Source of the DNA: Octopus bimaculoides
Lineage: Eukaryota
Assembly: GCF_001194135.2 (NCBI RefSeq)
Contig: NC_068984.1
Span: 92,760,336-92,824,335 of the forward strand
Direction: 5' to 3'
DNA length: 64,000 nt
Below the pieces are notes generated by a model. It was not told where the DNA came from, searched no databases, and worked only from the letters and a program-made list of their open reading frames with translations. Below are positions 47,128-59,918 of this stretch, one piece after another. The number at the start of each line of letters is the position of its first letter. Position 1 is the stretch's first letter. Made by a program: the position numbers and the translations under genes.

Positions 47128-47425
47128 GGCATGGGCGTGGAATCTTGGACAAGTGTCTTCTACTATAGCCTCGGGCCAACCAAAGCCTTGTGAGTAGATC
47201 TGGTAGATGGGAACTGAAAGAAGCTCATTGAATATATATATATATATATTTGATAACTGATTTTGGTGTGTTTACGTCCCTGTAACTTAGTGGTTCAGCA
47301 AAAGAGGCCAATAGAATAAGTACTAGGCTTACAAAGAATAAGTCCAGGGATCGATTTGTTCAACTAAAGGTGGTGTTTCAGCATGGCAGCAGTCAAATGA
47401 CTGAAACAGAAGTGTAAAAGAGTAC
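47128..47425 (+). mobile_element. tRNA-derived SINE with deleted head
   Basis: ttggacaagtgtcttctactatagcc...(TA)n...gtcaaatgactgaaacag. Confidence 0.8.
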
Positions 47426-47740
47426 ATGATTGCACTAAATTATAATTTTGCATACTGAAATTAACATGACTACATGATGAAGGTTATAAAATGGCTGTAA
47501 TCATAAGGAAGTCATATGGTTAAATAAATCTATCTTCATCTCTCATACCTCTTGACTGCATACATTTTATTTACTCCTCCCAGAAAGATTTACCATTTGG
47601 ATTTCCTAGATTTTCGGTTACATAACCATATTACATTATGCTGTATGACATTTGATTACTGTATAAACTGATATTCAATTCTGAATGACAAGTTTATTGT
47701 AAAGACTGCATGATTTTCTAAATACAATTTTTTTACTTCT

Positions 47741-47829
<89 letters not shown>

Positions 47830-47837
<8 letters not shown>

Positions 47838-48567
47838 CTTATCTATAAAAGGCAGATTTTCTCTGTGTGTGTATGTTTAAAATTCATGCATTTACACAAT
47901 CCCAAATTTCTTGGATTAAAGAATCGGAATTAATATTCCAAATACAATTTGTTAGGTTACTGCGGCACTTTTTCACTCAAAATAATTCCTAATAACGAAT
48001 AAAATCCATAAAAGTACACAAGTAAACATTTTCCCCCCTAATAAAATCTAATTTCCTCTTTCTATTACCTTTACAAATCCTTTCAACTCCTACTTTCTCT
48101 TATGAACCTTTACGAACAATCCAACAACAAATACAAAAAGAAAGGAAGTAGAAACACTAACAGTAAAAGAAAACTATTTCAGTATCAAAACTGGAACAAT
48201 CACATTTCGATAGTGTAATGACAGATAGTTTCACTTTACATACATACCTCATTCTAATTGGCGGGAATTGTAAGTTATTTCTAACTCGTCCTTCACCATG
48301 ATAACAACAACAAAAAAAAAACAGCCACACATCTTTTTCAAATACGATCGACAAACATTTATTCCCTACAAACTGTGAGATTTTTGGAAAATCTTTTCGT
48401 AAATCTTGAGATTAACATCCGCATGATTACCTACCTAACTCTAACACTGTAGTGAAAATCATGCGGGTGTTAATCTGAAAATTTAACAATCTTTTTTAAA
48501 ACACTTTTACTTACTAACATTTTTTTTATTTAGTGTGTGTGTGTGTGTTGCCCATATATATATATAC
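47830..48567. mobile_element. unclassified HINE-related repeat containing the short IR cassette
   Basis: HINE-like 3' end on the minus strand at 47830-47870; IR cassette 48409-48476 shared with the 6077 and 51696 elements. Confidence 0.4.
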
Positions 48568-49089
48568 ANNNNNNNNNNNNNNNNNNNNNNNNNNNNNNNN
48601 NNNNNNNNNNNNNNNNNNNNNNNNNNNNNNNNNNNNNNNNNNNNNNNNNNNNNNNNNNNNNNNNNNNNNNNNNNNNNNNNNNNNNNNNNNNNNNNNNTTT
48701 CGATAGTGTAATGACAGATAGTTTCACTTTACATACATACCTCATTCTAATTGGCGGGAATTGTAAGTTATTTCTAACTCGTCCTTCACCATGATAACAA
48801 CAACAAAAAAAAAACAGCCACACATCTTTTTCAAATACGATCGACAAACATTTATTCCCTACAAACTGTGAGATTTTTGGAAAATCTTTTCGTAAATCTT
48901 GAGATTAACATCCGCATGATTACCTACCTAACTCTAACACTGTAGTGAAAATCATGCGGGTGTTAATCTGAAAATTTAACAATCTTTTTTAAAACACTTT
49001 TACTTACTAACATTTTTTTTATTTAGTGTGTGTGTGTGTGTTGCCCATATATATATATACACTTAAGACTCAGTTGTGGGTTGGGAGTT

Positions 49090-49310
49090 TGATCGGCAGA
49101 CGTCATTAGTATTATTATTATTATTTAAAATTTTTCCCACAAGGGTGGTTCTGGCAACTGGTACTTATTTTTTAGACTCCGAAAGGATGAAAGGCAAAGT
49201 CGACTTTGACGGAATTTGAACTCAGAATATAGAGATGGGTACAAACCTCCCGTCACTACACTGATTCTGCAGAACAGGGTTGAGTGTGAAAACCAACTTT
49301 AAAGTGTAAA
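49090..49310 (-). mobile_element. Deu/Nin-domain SINE
   Basis: Minus strand gagttcaaattccgtc..gtcgactttgcctttcatcctttcggagtc..aagtaccag and (TAA)n tail. Confidence 0.75.
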
Positions 49311-50469
49311 TATAGATGTTTTTGAATACACACTCATACATACCTACGTACAAATACACACATACATACAAATAAACACACACATACAAATACCTGTCAG
49401 TCTCTTCCAAATACGATCGACAGTCAAACATTTATTCATTACAAACTGAATTTTTTTAATCATCTTTCTTAAAACGCATTTACTTACTACCATATATATA
49501 TAGAGANNNNNNNNNNNNNNNNNNNNNNNNNNNNNNNNNNNNNNNNNNNNNNNNNNNNNNNNNNNNNNNNNNNNNNNNNNNNNNNNNNNNNNNNNNNNNN
49601 NNNNNNNNNNNNNNNNNNNNNNNNNNNNNNNNNNNNNNNNNNNNNNNNNNNNNNNNNNNNNNNNNNNNNNNNNNNNNNNNNNNNNNNNNNNNNNNNNNNN
49701 NNNNNNNNNNNNNNNNNNNNNNNNNNNNNNNNNNNNNNNNNNNNNNNNNNNNNNNNNNNNNNNNNNNNNNNNNNNNNNNNNNNNNNNNNNNNNNNNNNNN
49801 NNNNNNNNNNNNNNNNNNNNNNNNNNNNNNNNNNNNNNNNNNNNNNNNNNNNNNNNNNNNNNNNNNNNNNNNNNNNNNNNNNNNNNNNNNNNNNNNNNNN
49901 NNNNNNNNNNNNNNNNNNNNNNNNNNNNNNNNNNNNNNNNNNNNNNNNNNNNNNNNNNNNNNNNNNNNNNNNNNNNNNNNNNNNNNNNNNNNNNNNNNNN
50001 NNNNNNNNNNNNNNNNNNNNNNNNNNNNNNNNNNNNNNNNNNNNNNNNNNNNNNNNNNNNNNNNNNNNNNNNNNNNNNNNNNNNNNNNNNNNNNNNNNNN
50101 NNNNNNNNNNNNNNNNNNNNNNNNNNNNNNNNNNNNNNNNNNNNNNNNNNNNNNNNNNNNNNNNNNNNNNNNNNNNNNNNNNNNNNNNNNNNNNNNNNNN
50201 NNNNNNNNNNNNNNNNNNNNNNNNNNNNNNNNNNNNNNNNNNNNNNNNNNNNNNNNNNNNNNNNNNNNNNNNNNNNNNNNNNNNNNNNNNNNNNNNNNNN
50301 NNNNNNNNNNNNNNNNNNNNNNNNNNNNNNNNNNNNNNNNNNNNNNNNNNNNNNNNNNNNNNNNNNNNNNNNNNNNNNNNNNNNNNNNNNNNNNNNNNNN
50401 NNNNNNNNNNNNNNNNNNNNNNNNNNNNNNNNNNNNNNNNNNTTCACTCTTACTTCGTTCTTCTTCCTC

Positions 50470-51693
50470 TCTCCCATTTAATAGCTTTCTTCTATCCCTT
50501 TACCTCTAACATATTTTTCATAACATAGAAACATAAAAACACACACAACCACACATACGTGATCTGTGACAACAACATACACATAAACACATACACACAT
50601 CAACATTATAGATATAAGATTTAGTTTCTCTGTGTTTCTTATATAAACATGTGCACGCATTGCTATTTTATAACTGTCTTCCGTTCTCCCTTCCTCTCTT
50701 TCTCTTTCTTCATTGCTCCCGTTCTCTATTCCTTTCTCCCCCTCTCTCTCTTTTCCTCTCTCCCTCTTCTCTCTCGCTCTCTCAAATGCATACACATGCA
50801 CGTACACACAAGTATTCACTACAAGATAACACATGTTCGTCAATGTTTTGTAAATATACAAACTATGGAGCTTATGGTCAGCACATTGCAAATCAGTGAA
50901 CTTAATTACAAATGTGGGTAATTTTTCAGATTAACACCTGCACGATTTTCACTAGGGTGTTAGGGTTACGGTTTTTGGATCAGGGTTAGGGTTTTAGGGT
51001 TACGGTTAGGGTTAGGGTTACGATGAGGGTTAGTGTTACGGTTTTAGGGTCAGGGTTAGGGTTACGTAATCGTGCGGGTGTTAATCTGACAAATTACTGA
51101 AATGTGAAAACTACTGACCCTGCCATCTGTTATAACTTTTGTTGTTCTCTTTAATATGTACATAGATTATGCCTCCAAACAAGACAGCTTGCTGGGGAAA
51201 CAAAGCAACCGGTTTAAAAAGGCAGCATCAGACTGCAGCAATTCACCACATTCCAGAAGCTACTTTGAACATAATGCAAAATGGTGCATCAACATCTACT
51301 GCCCAATCTGATAGAATTCTGGCAGAACTGTGTNNNNNNNNNNCATCTACTGCCCAATCTGATAGAATTCTGGCAGAACTGTGTAGCAACAGATCGCCAG
51401 CAATTGCTTCATCAGAAATTGCCGTCCTAGCTCCTGTGAAAAGGGATTACCCTCCTATATATAATCAAGGAAGTGCAAAAAGTTGTTTTGCACAAGCATT
51501 TCTATAGCCAATTAGATGGATGAAATTTACATACACTTAATAATTTTACGCAAAACAGCCTTCAGACTTTCCCTATTAATTTCATCGTCTTTTGAATTAT
51601 GAACATATTTACATCATAAGGGTTTTTTCGTTGTAANNNNNNNNNNNNNNNNNNNNNNNNNNNNNNNNCGGACAAGGTTGGGTTATACTGCTA

Positions 51694-51696
<3 letters not shown>
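50470..51696 (-). mobile_element. Helentron/HINE-like element, same family as 6077-7626
   Basis: Starts tactagcagtataacccaaccttgtccg on the minus strand; body aligns with 6180-7270. Confidence 0.7.
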
Positions 51697-51742
<46 letters not shown>

Positions 51743-52019
51743 GTTGTGTCTGTGGAGAGTTATTCTCTTTTAGTGCCTTATAATTTAACACACTCACCAG
51801 TAAAATTTCCACTCATTTACTTATTTGTTTTTCTAAAATTTTCGTTGCGTCTTGCAACCTTTTCTAAAGTTGTTGACTCTGTCTGTTACCCAAGCTGCGT
51901 TCTTTTTGTTTGTTTGTGTGCATGTGTGTGGGTCAGTGTATGTGCACATACACATGTCTGTATGTATGTATGCATGCATGGAAGTGTGTGTATGTATGTG
52001 TGTGTGTGTGCATATGTAT

Positions 52020-52900
52020 AGACTTCCCATCCTTGATACTGAACTTTGGTTAGAGATTGAACAAAAGAGTGCAGCTCTTCCACTCCTATTACATGAAACC
52101 CACAGCTTCGAAATATGTTGTTCACAAGAACTCAGCTTTGTCACACAACAAGAGAATTAACATACAGATAGCAGACTTAGTTAGGATAATGAATGTGTCC
52201 CCACTATGCAAACTTTATGAAATGAAGAAACATGTACAGAACTTCATGCACCGCATGCAATTCTCTGGATATGATCAGAAAGATAGGGTTTGAGTATACA
52301 GGGGTGCCAGAACTTAGATAACACTATATGTAATGAAACCAGTGACACCTGCCCTAGATATAGAAGCAAAGACTGGAAAAGGATACAAAGAGCTTGTGAC
52401 AAAGGAAACAGAGTGAACACATGGTATAAAACCGACAAATATCAAGGAGTGATGTTTGTAGAGGCCACAGCTCATGGAGAACTACTCTGTAGATTTAGGA
52501 AAGCTCTGAAGGAGACCAAACTCAACATTAATATTGTTGAAAAGCCAAGGAACGCCATCAGGTCACAACTATGTAGGACATTCCCCTTTGAGAATACCAT
52601 ATGCACCAATGATAACTGCATGGTATGTAGGATTAGCCCTGGCATTAACTGTAGAACTAGAAATGTAGTCTACAGCATGAAATGCATAGAAGGTGCTTGT
52701 AAAGACATGAACATGATATACATAGGGGAGACATCTAGGAGTATTGAGGAAAGACATTTGAGACAATATGACGACAAAAAACAGTCCTCCATACTCTACC
52801 AACATGCCAAGGACCAACATGCAGGCAACCTGAGTCAAATGACATCTGCATTTTATCCAAGCAACCAAAAGACCCAACCATCAGACAAATACAGGAGTAC
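52020..52900 (+). mobile_element. Penelope-like element fragment (RT end and GIY-YIG; clade uncertain, possibly Nematis-like)
   Basis: LPILDTELW, KPTASKYVVHKNSAL, FSGYD, VMFVEAT.HGEL, CRTRNVVYSMKC..C..IYIGETSRS..ER..S.LYQHAKDQH. Confidence 0.85.
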
Positions 52901-52989
52901 GTTCTCATAAACAAAACATCCCCAGTACTAAATAGGAAATATACGTAGTAGGTAATCATACCCCCATACCCACAGTTTATATTTATATA

Positions 52990-53429
52990 CAGGTGGTGGG
53001 CTGTTATGTAGATGTGTGTGTGTGTGTGTGTGTGTGTGCATGTATATGTAGGCAAATGGATATGAAAGTAAACAGATTGACATACAGACAGATAGGTACA
53101 TAGGTAATATTGAAAAGGTTGCAAGACGCAATGATAGGTACATAGGTAATATTACCTATTGTGTGTGTGTGTATATATATATGTATATATATATATGTAT
53201 ATGCACATGTATGTAGACAAATGGATATGAATGTAAACAGATAGACATGCAGATGGATAAGTACATAGGTAATATGAACAGACAAGCACACATGCACACA
53301 AATTAAGACTGAAACACATGACCATATGCACACACACTTCACTTCATGCAAGGACAAATATTGAGACACACATCCACACATATGGGGAAACACATCCATA
53401 CATACAGACAGTACATAGTCACAAAATCC

Positions 53430-53463
<34 letters not shown>

Positions 53464-53645
53464 GACATGCACACACAAAAAGACAGAGGTACACACACAC
53501 ACACACACATGCAAACAAACACACACGTAAAAACACACCAAACACGAACACAGAAAAACATGAATATGCAGAATACATACATACAAACGTACACACATAC
53601 ATATATACATACGCACACACACATACATACATGCATACACACACT
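52990..53645. repeat. compound (TG)n/(CA)n low-complexity tract
   Basis: Degenerate CA/TG runs with short internal duplications. Confidence 0.85.
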
Positions 53646-53984
53646 TACATGCCAAATATTCTTGCTACAGGACTCCCTTGCCAATGAAATGACAAGTAAT
53701 GGTAAATTGAAATAAATGAGAAAAGTACAGGAAGTGTAGATACGAAATGTGAACAAGAACATGCAATAGAAAAAATGAAAGCAGGAATAGGAGCATTGAT
53801 GAAATTGTGTAGATGGTGAGCAGGTGATGTAACTGAAAAGAGCTGGAGTATTGACAAAAGACGTTTTCTGTTTACCTTGAAACACTGCAAAAGCTTGAGG
53901 TGTAAAAATCTGTGCGGCCAAGAGTAAGAAAAATATGCAAGAGAAACCAGAATTATAGTTGAATATTAAGATAGTGTAAGACAG

Positions 53985-54190
53985 TGAGTGAGCTGGCAAA
54001 TTTGTTAGTTGGATAAAAAGCTTAGCAACATTTTGTTCATTCTTACAATCTGAGTTCAAATTCCACCAAGATTGACTTCGCCTTTTATCCTTTCAGGATC
54101 AGTAAATTAAGTACCAGTTGAACATAGGGTTAATGTAATCGACATACCCCTCTTCCAAAATTGCTGACCTTGTCCCAAAATTGAAACCAA
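53985..54190 (+). mobile_element. Deu/Nin-domain SINE
   Basis: tgagttcaaattccacc..gacttcgccttttatcctttcaggatc..aattaagtaccagtt. Confidence 0.75.
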
Positions 54191-54876
54191 TATAGACCAG
54201 TGTATAATTTTAAAATACTTGGAAAGAAGATCTGAAGATCTGAGAATACATGTTTGTACATGAATCAGTTGTGTGCAGCCAAATGAGTTTGAATGAGTGA
54301 TTTGTACATAGTCATGTGTGCTTACACCTGTGAGTCAGTGCAGTGTATACCTGTGGGTCAGTATAGTGAACCAATCCAGTTATTTCTAAGCTTCTGAACA
54401 AAAACAGCTGAAGTTGGCAGGCATCTTCTAGCTATAGTAATTTTATGTATACCGCCAGCAATGAATGTTTGCTAAGTACCTGAATTCATGTTGAATGTAT
54501 GTAAATACACACATGTCAATGTGTGTGCAATGTATACATATTCAGATGTATGTATAAGCAGAAAGAAGGTAAGATCAATGTACAAGTATAATCTTGTTGA
54601 AGAAACATATTTTTCTTTTTGAAATTTTGACTGCTGTACTGGAAAGAGCCAGTGCTTTCACCTAATCTCACTCTTATCATTGGAACAGATACAGAGACAT
54701 CAGGAAAGGATTATTTGCTGATTGTTGTTGGATCTGTTTGTAGATAGATGATCAATGCTGATCAATGTTGCATTTCTAAATAAAATAATTAATTTGTTAA
54801 AAAAATGGTATTTTTCATCTGTTTTGATTCATTTTCTCATGATAAGACAGAAAACATATTTCTTTTGTGTTATTAG

Positions 54877-54966
54877 GTGCCTTAATTAATTTAAGGAACA
54901 ATGAAAATCAACTTGCATTTGATTTGGCAAAAGAACCGAAAATCGCTGCCCTTCTACAGTGTTCTG
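54877..54966 (+). CDS. OSTF1: OSTF1 coding exon (90 nt)
   Basis: tattag|GT GCC...TGT TCT G|gtaaga; (G)ALINLRNNENQLAFDLAKEPKIAALLQCS. Confidence 0.9.
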
Positions 54967-55389
54967 GTAAGAACTGTACTACCATTTTTTAAAAAATTAA
55001 ACAAAGTTAAATCAGGTGTTTTTGATGATTCTAAAAAATTTCATAATCTATTTCAATTGAATGAGGTAGTCTTTATTCTATATTTTTGATTTTTCTGTTA
55101 TTTCAGATTTTAAAGTTAAATAAATAAAAATTACCCCATTGTATTGTTCTTGATGTTGATAAATAGAAAATGATGGTGCAACATATTGCTCCAGCTCAAT
55201 CATCCACTAGTATAGATGCTATATTAAGATAAGTAAATAAAATAGGAGTCTCTTCTCTTGAAGTAGGGATATAAAATACTATACTTTGCCAATTTGCAAA
55301 TTCTTAATTTATCTTTTGTAAAATATTCCTTTTATTTTGAAGAATATCAAGAAGACGAAAAGAAAAAACTACATCTTATCTCTTATTAT

Positions 55390-55607
55390 AGTTTTCTTTT
55401 ACTTGTTTCAAGTCATTTGACTGCGGCCATGCTGGAGCACTGCCTTTAGTCGAGCAAATTGACCCCAGCACTTATTCTTTGTAAGCCTAGTACTTGTTCT
55501 ATCGGTCTCTTTTTGCCGAACCACTAAGTTACGGAGACGTAAACACACCAGCATCAGTTGTCAAGCGATGTTGGGGGGACAAACACACATACAGAAACAT
55601 ATATATA
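55390..55607 (-). mobile_element. tRNA-derived SINE 3' half
   Basis: Close match to 60-250. Confidence 0.85.
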
Positions 55608-55789
55608 NNNNNNNNNNAAATACTATACTTTGCCAATTTGCAAATTCTTAATTTATCTTTTGTAAAATATTCCTTTTATTTTGAAGAATATCAAGAAGAC
55701 GAAAAGAAAAAACTACAATTATTTAATTCATATATATTATTATATCCCACCTCACGAAAGGCTTCATTATAATAAGGTGCATGTTTTTG

Positions 55790-57262
55790 GAAAAAAAATT
55801 TAGTAATTTCAATAAGATTTATAATGAAGCCTTTCGTGAGGCAGGATATACTAATAATATTGAATTCTTTAATAATTCGAAATATAGTTATAATATCAAA
55901 GATTATAATATTAATGATCCATTTATTTTCTATAATAATAAACATAACATTAAGAATTATGTTAAGGTCTACTTAGGTAATAATGGTATGAATAATAGAT
56001 ATTATGATAATAAAAAAACATAAACATAAGTATAATGGACAAAATAATAAGATTAAATTTAATTTTGTTATTGATAATAATAAATTTAATAATATAAATA
56101 ATAAATATAATAATATCAATAATAAAAACAAAATTTGGCTAATTATTCCTTACGGCGTTCAAGTTAAAACTAACATTATTAAAGAGATTTTAAATATAAT
56201 TGATATATTCCTTAGAGATAATAAAAAATATAATAATATTTTTTCTAGTAATAATTTGAGTTATTCTACTACTCATAATGTTGGTAACATTATTTCTTCT
56301 TTTAATAGATTTAAGTTAAATAAGTTTTACAAATATAAATTAAATACTTATTCTAATAATAATAATAAGGGCCAGGATATAATTAATTGTACATGTAGAG
56401 ATAAGACCAAATGTAAAGTTAATAATAAATGTGATTTGAAGGATGTGGTGTATAAATGTACAGTGACTTTAATTGATGGGAATAAATTTAATGGTTATAA
56501 TTTAAATAAGATTTACATAAGATCAACTTCGAATAAAATTAAATTATGTGTGGCTCAACACATGAATTCCTTTAAGAATAGAAATTTGATTAATTCTACT
56601 GGCCTTAGTAAATATATTTGGGAACTAAAATCTAAAAATATTAAGTACATTCTAAATTGGGAAATAGTTTGTAAGGCGAAATCTTATCTTGTAGGTAATT
56701 TTTGTATGTTGTGTACTAATGAATTTAAGGAGATATTAGTAAATAATAATAATACTTTGATTAACTCCCTTGATGAACGTAAAATTAAATTGTTTATATA
56801 ATAAGTTTAGCTAATTGTGTATATGTATATATATATAAACCCTATTTTACGTTTACTAATTGTAGTAGTTATAATTTGTACTTATAAAGTACGATAATGT
56901 TTTTAGTGAATATTATATATTAATAATTAAATGATACTATGATTTTTATAAATAAATAATTTAAATATTTTAATTAATTTATTTAATGTAAATATATTAA
57001 TTTATAGTATTTTAGCTTCTTTCATGTATATTATCTAATTTACGTATTTTAGCTTTAATTTATTAGAATTTAAATTTTTATGTTTGTAATAAAGATAATT
57101 TTTTATTATGATTACAGCTAAAATAGATTTTGATTTTATAAATAAAACTTAAATACATATTTATATATCTCTTTATTCTATTACTTTTCTTCACGCCATA
57201 TTTTCATACGACTTAATTCTAATAAACGCTAAGTTAAAAGTATAATGTTTAAAATTTTAGTT
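55790..57262 (+). mobile_element. 5'-truncated AT-rich PLE (linker, GIY-YIG ORF 56004-56801, 3' UTR) with an inverted related piece at 55620-55790
   Basis: YNEAFREAGY, CTCRDKTKC, VVYKC, IYIRST, STGLSKYIWELK, FCMLC. Confidence 0.85.
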
Positions 57263-57362
57263 NNNNNNNNNNNNNNNNNNNNNNNNNNNNNNNNNNNNNN
57301 NNNNNNNNNNNNNNNNNNNNNNNNNNNNNNNNNNNNNNNNNNNNNNNNNNNNNNNNNNNNNN

Positions 57363-57450
57363 ATAGTAGAAGACACTTGCCCAAGGTGACACGCAGTGGG
57401 ACTGAACCCGAACCATGTGATTGGTAAGCAAGTTACTTACCACACAGCCA
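57363..57450 (-). mobile_element. tRNA-derived SINE head
   Basis: Matches 360-449. Confidence 0.85.
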
Positions 57451-58133
57451 ATCCTAGCAATACTCTTTTCATGTATATATATATTGTAACTTTTGAGAGT
57501 ATTTTACATCATTTTACAGAAATGTTTGTTCTGTTCTAATTCCAACCAATATTGTGGTTTAATTCTTAATATTTTTTTATACCTATAGGGACAGGCATGA
57601 GTGTTTAGTTAGGAAGTTTGCTTCATAATTGCATAGTTAAAAATTTAATCCCACTATGCAACAACTTGAGCAACTGTCTGATACTAAAGCCTATGCTAAC
57701 CAATGCCATATGAGTAAAATTGATAGACAGAAACTGCTTGGTAGACCATTATGTATGTGCATAAATGCTCAAATGTTGACATTCCATGGTTTCATTTGTT
57801 ACTGTTAAAGCTAAATGATGAGAGGATGTTTACATTGCTTCTTGACATTACAACTAGTCATTCTATACTTATTAAGAGTTGTTGAAAACTAAGTCCCTTA
57901 TTTGAAAGACATGCAATGGTTGACTGTAAAATGTCTCAACTCCCTCTCTATGGAAAAATGTGTTAAACACATCTACTAAAATTGTAAACTGTTCCATTTC
58001 ACTTTTTTTCTTTAGTTCTTCAAATTTTCTTCACATTTCTGAAAGTTTGTTTTTATTTTTAATTTCTACCATTAAATGATAATTGGAAAATATTTCTTCA
58101 TAAAATACTAGTAATTGAATATTTTCTTTAAAG

Positions 58134-58192
58134 ATATTTCAGAAAATGGTGATGACTATTTGGATGATACAGATGGATCAGAATCTGATTAA
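58134..58192 (+). CDS. OSTF1: OSTF1 last coding exon (59 nt to TAA; alternative in-frame acceptor at 58143)
   Basis: ttttctttaaag|AT ATT TCA GAA AAT GGT GAT GAC TAT TTG GAT GAT...GAT TAA; acidic DDYLDD tail typical of OSTF1. Confidence 0.85.
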
Positions 58193-58330
58193 TCTCAATT
58201 GATACCTACACATGAAAATGCTGTTTTTTGATAGTTTTTATATAAAAATTTAGGTAAAAAAAATTTGAGGGATGAAACCTCAAAATTTGTAATTATATAC
58301 ATACATTATTCTTGAAGATAAAACAATACA

Positions 58331-58336
58331 AATAAA
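58331..58336 (+). promoter_or_regulatory. candidate polyadenylation signal AATAAA
   Basis: First AATAAA about 140 nt after the OSTF1 stop; common by chance in AT-rich DNA. Confidence 0.3.
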
Positions 58337-59876
58337 TGCCAATATGGAAAATAGACCAACCAAGTAAATAGTAAGCAGAATTTCCTAATTCGATTTCAGA
58401 TCACTTCTTACTCAGATGCATGCATTTCTAAAGAAATAAGAAAAAAAAAAAATATGGACCTGAAAACTAAACTTAATTTAGATTTTTCAATTAATAACTT
58501 AAGCCTTCATTATTTTTCTAACCTTTTTCTAAACGACCTACTTTTTACATATATATATATTTTGTACTCAGAGCTACAGAATTTCAATTTTTTTAACCAC
58601 TATGCTACCTACATTAAACATTCCAATGCACATCTATCCTATTTGTTTGTTTTACTATTTTATTCCTTCTTTGTTTTTGTATTTTTCTGTTCCATCAAAC
58701 TACAATTTTTATCTTTTGTTTTTGAAATTCATTTTTACATTAATCTACAAATTTCATATTGGCTATGCAATGAAAATAAATATAAAAAGAGAATCCATTT
58801 TTTAAAACTTTTTCTAGTTAATCCTCTGAATTTGCAGTACTGGCAACGACCATGCTCAAAATGGTGTATTTTATGTGCCAGAGATGTGTGTGTTTATTAT
58901 ATATACACACACATATACATACATGCATACATATATACATAGGTATAATATATATGATGGCTGTCCACTTGTGACCGAGGAAGACCATCACTGACCATTG
59001 CCCATGCAAAATGCCTTCAATTCTTGTGCATGAAGTTATTGCACATGTGGTTAGCTTCACCCAGGTTAACATCTGGAGCACCCTCCTACTTGACTGAGCA
59101 GCAGAAAGTTACCTTGCCAATGATTACACAACCTAGAATTTTAGGTTCAATAAGACTTGCACATTACCTCACAGACCCTCTCCACCCTACTAATATGATC
59201 CAGAGACAAGCCAGGCAATACTAATATGGGTCACAGGTTCAGGAATGTGGGAGTGCCATGATCAAAGTGTAAGTAAAAGATCCCCAAAATGTACAATGCC
59301 ATTCCTAGCATTCTAGAGACCAACCCAGAATTTCTGAGGACTTGTGCTATTGCTAGATGGTCATTGAACCTATGCTGGGTTCATTTGTCCTTTGAGCAGA
59401 TAACTTGTGAGGTCTCTCATGAGTGCTACTGTAACATAGAATCCAGTACAATCTGTTGAATGGTCAGGTTATCATCAACTCAACTGGTACCTTCACTAAG
59501 CTTTGCTGGTGAGTAGAGTTGTTAGAAACCCATATAATATATACACATACACATATATGACAGACTTTCAGTTTCCATTGACCAAATCTATTCACAAGTG
59601 TTTGTTTGACCCAGGGCAATATGTATTATATACTTACAAAGACTGGAATATGTGATACCATTTTAATTCTGTGTTACACATGTTTCATCACAATATGGGA
59701 TATACATTTCACCAGGAATTTCAACTTATAGTATGATATTCTCATTTAAAATAAGACATCTTCATACATATATTTGATTATAGGAATACACAGATGTGCT
59801 TCATGGGAACACAGCTTGGCTTATACCCTTTTATATACTGTATATTTGCATGTGTATATATGTATATCTGTGTGTG

Positions 59877-59918
<42 letters not shown>

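Larger units (their letters stand above)
8359..58192 (+). other. OSTF1: OSTF1-like gene span (coding exons 2-8; exon 1 not seen)
   Basis: Seven GT-AG exons splice in compatible phases into [200 protein letters not shown], collinear with vertebrate OSTF1 as recalled (SH3, ankyrins, DYLD acidic tail). Confidence 0.95.

Noticed and set aside
48205-49060. Apparent 363-bp tandem duplication (48205-48567 and 48698-49060)
   Set aside because: Identical copies flank an N gap; typical unmerged contig overlap
51293-51384. 41-bp direct repeat
   Set aside because: Flanks a 10-N gap and is single-copy in the homologous element near 6430-6470; assembly artefact
52928-53715. ORFs rich in HT, CV or YI repeats (also 183-555, 27465-28294, 51746-52160)
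   Set aside because: Translations of (CA)n/(TG)n/(TA)n microsatellites
56004-56801. 265-aa Asn/Lys-rich ORF as a host or organellar gene
   Set aside because: Carries PLE linker and GIY-YIG motifs with YIG degraded to YIR; transposon remnant
58960-59510. GC-richer segment downstream of the OSTF1 stop
   Set aside because: No ORF, splice pattern or repeat match could be supported; needs BLAST or RepeatMasker
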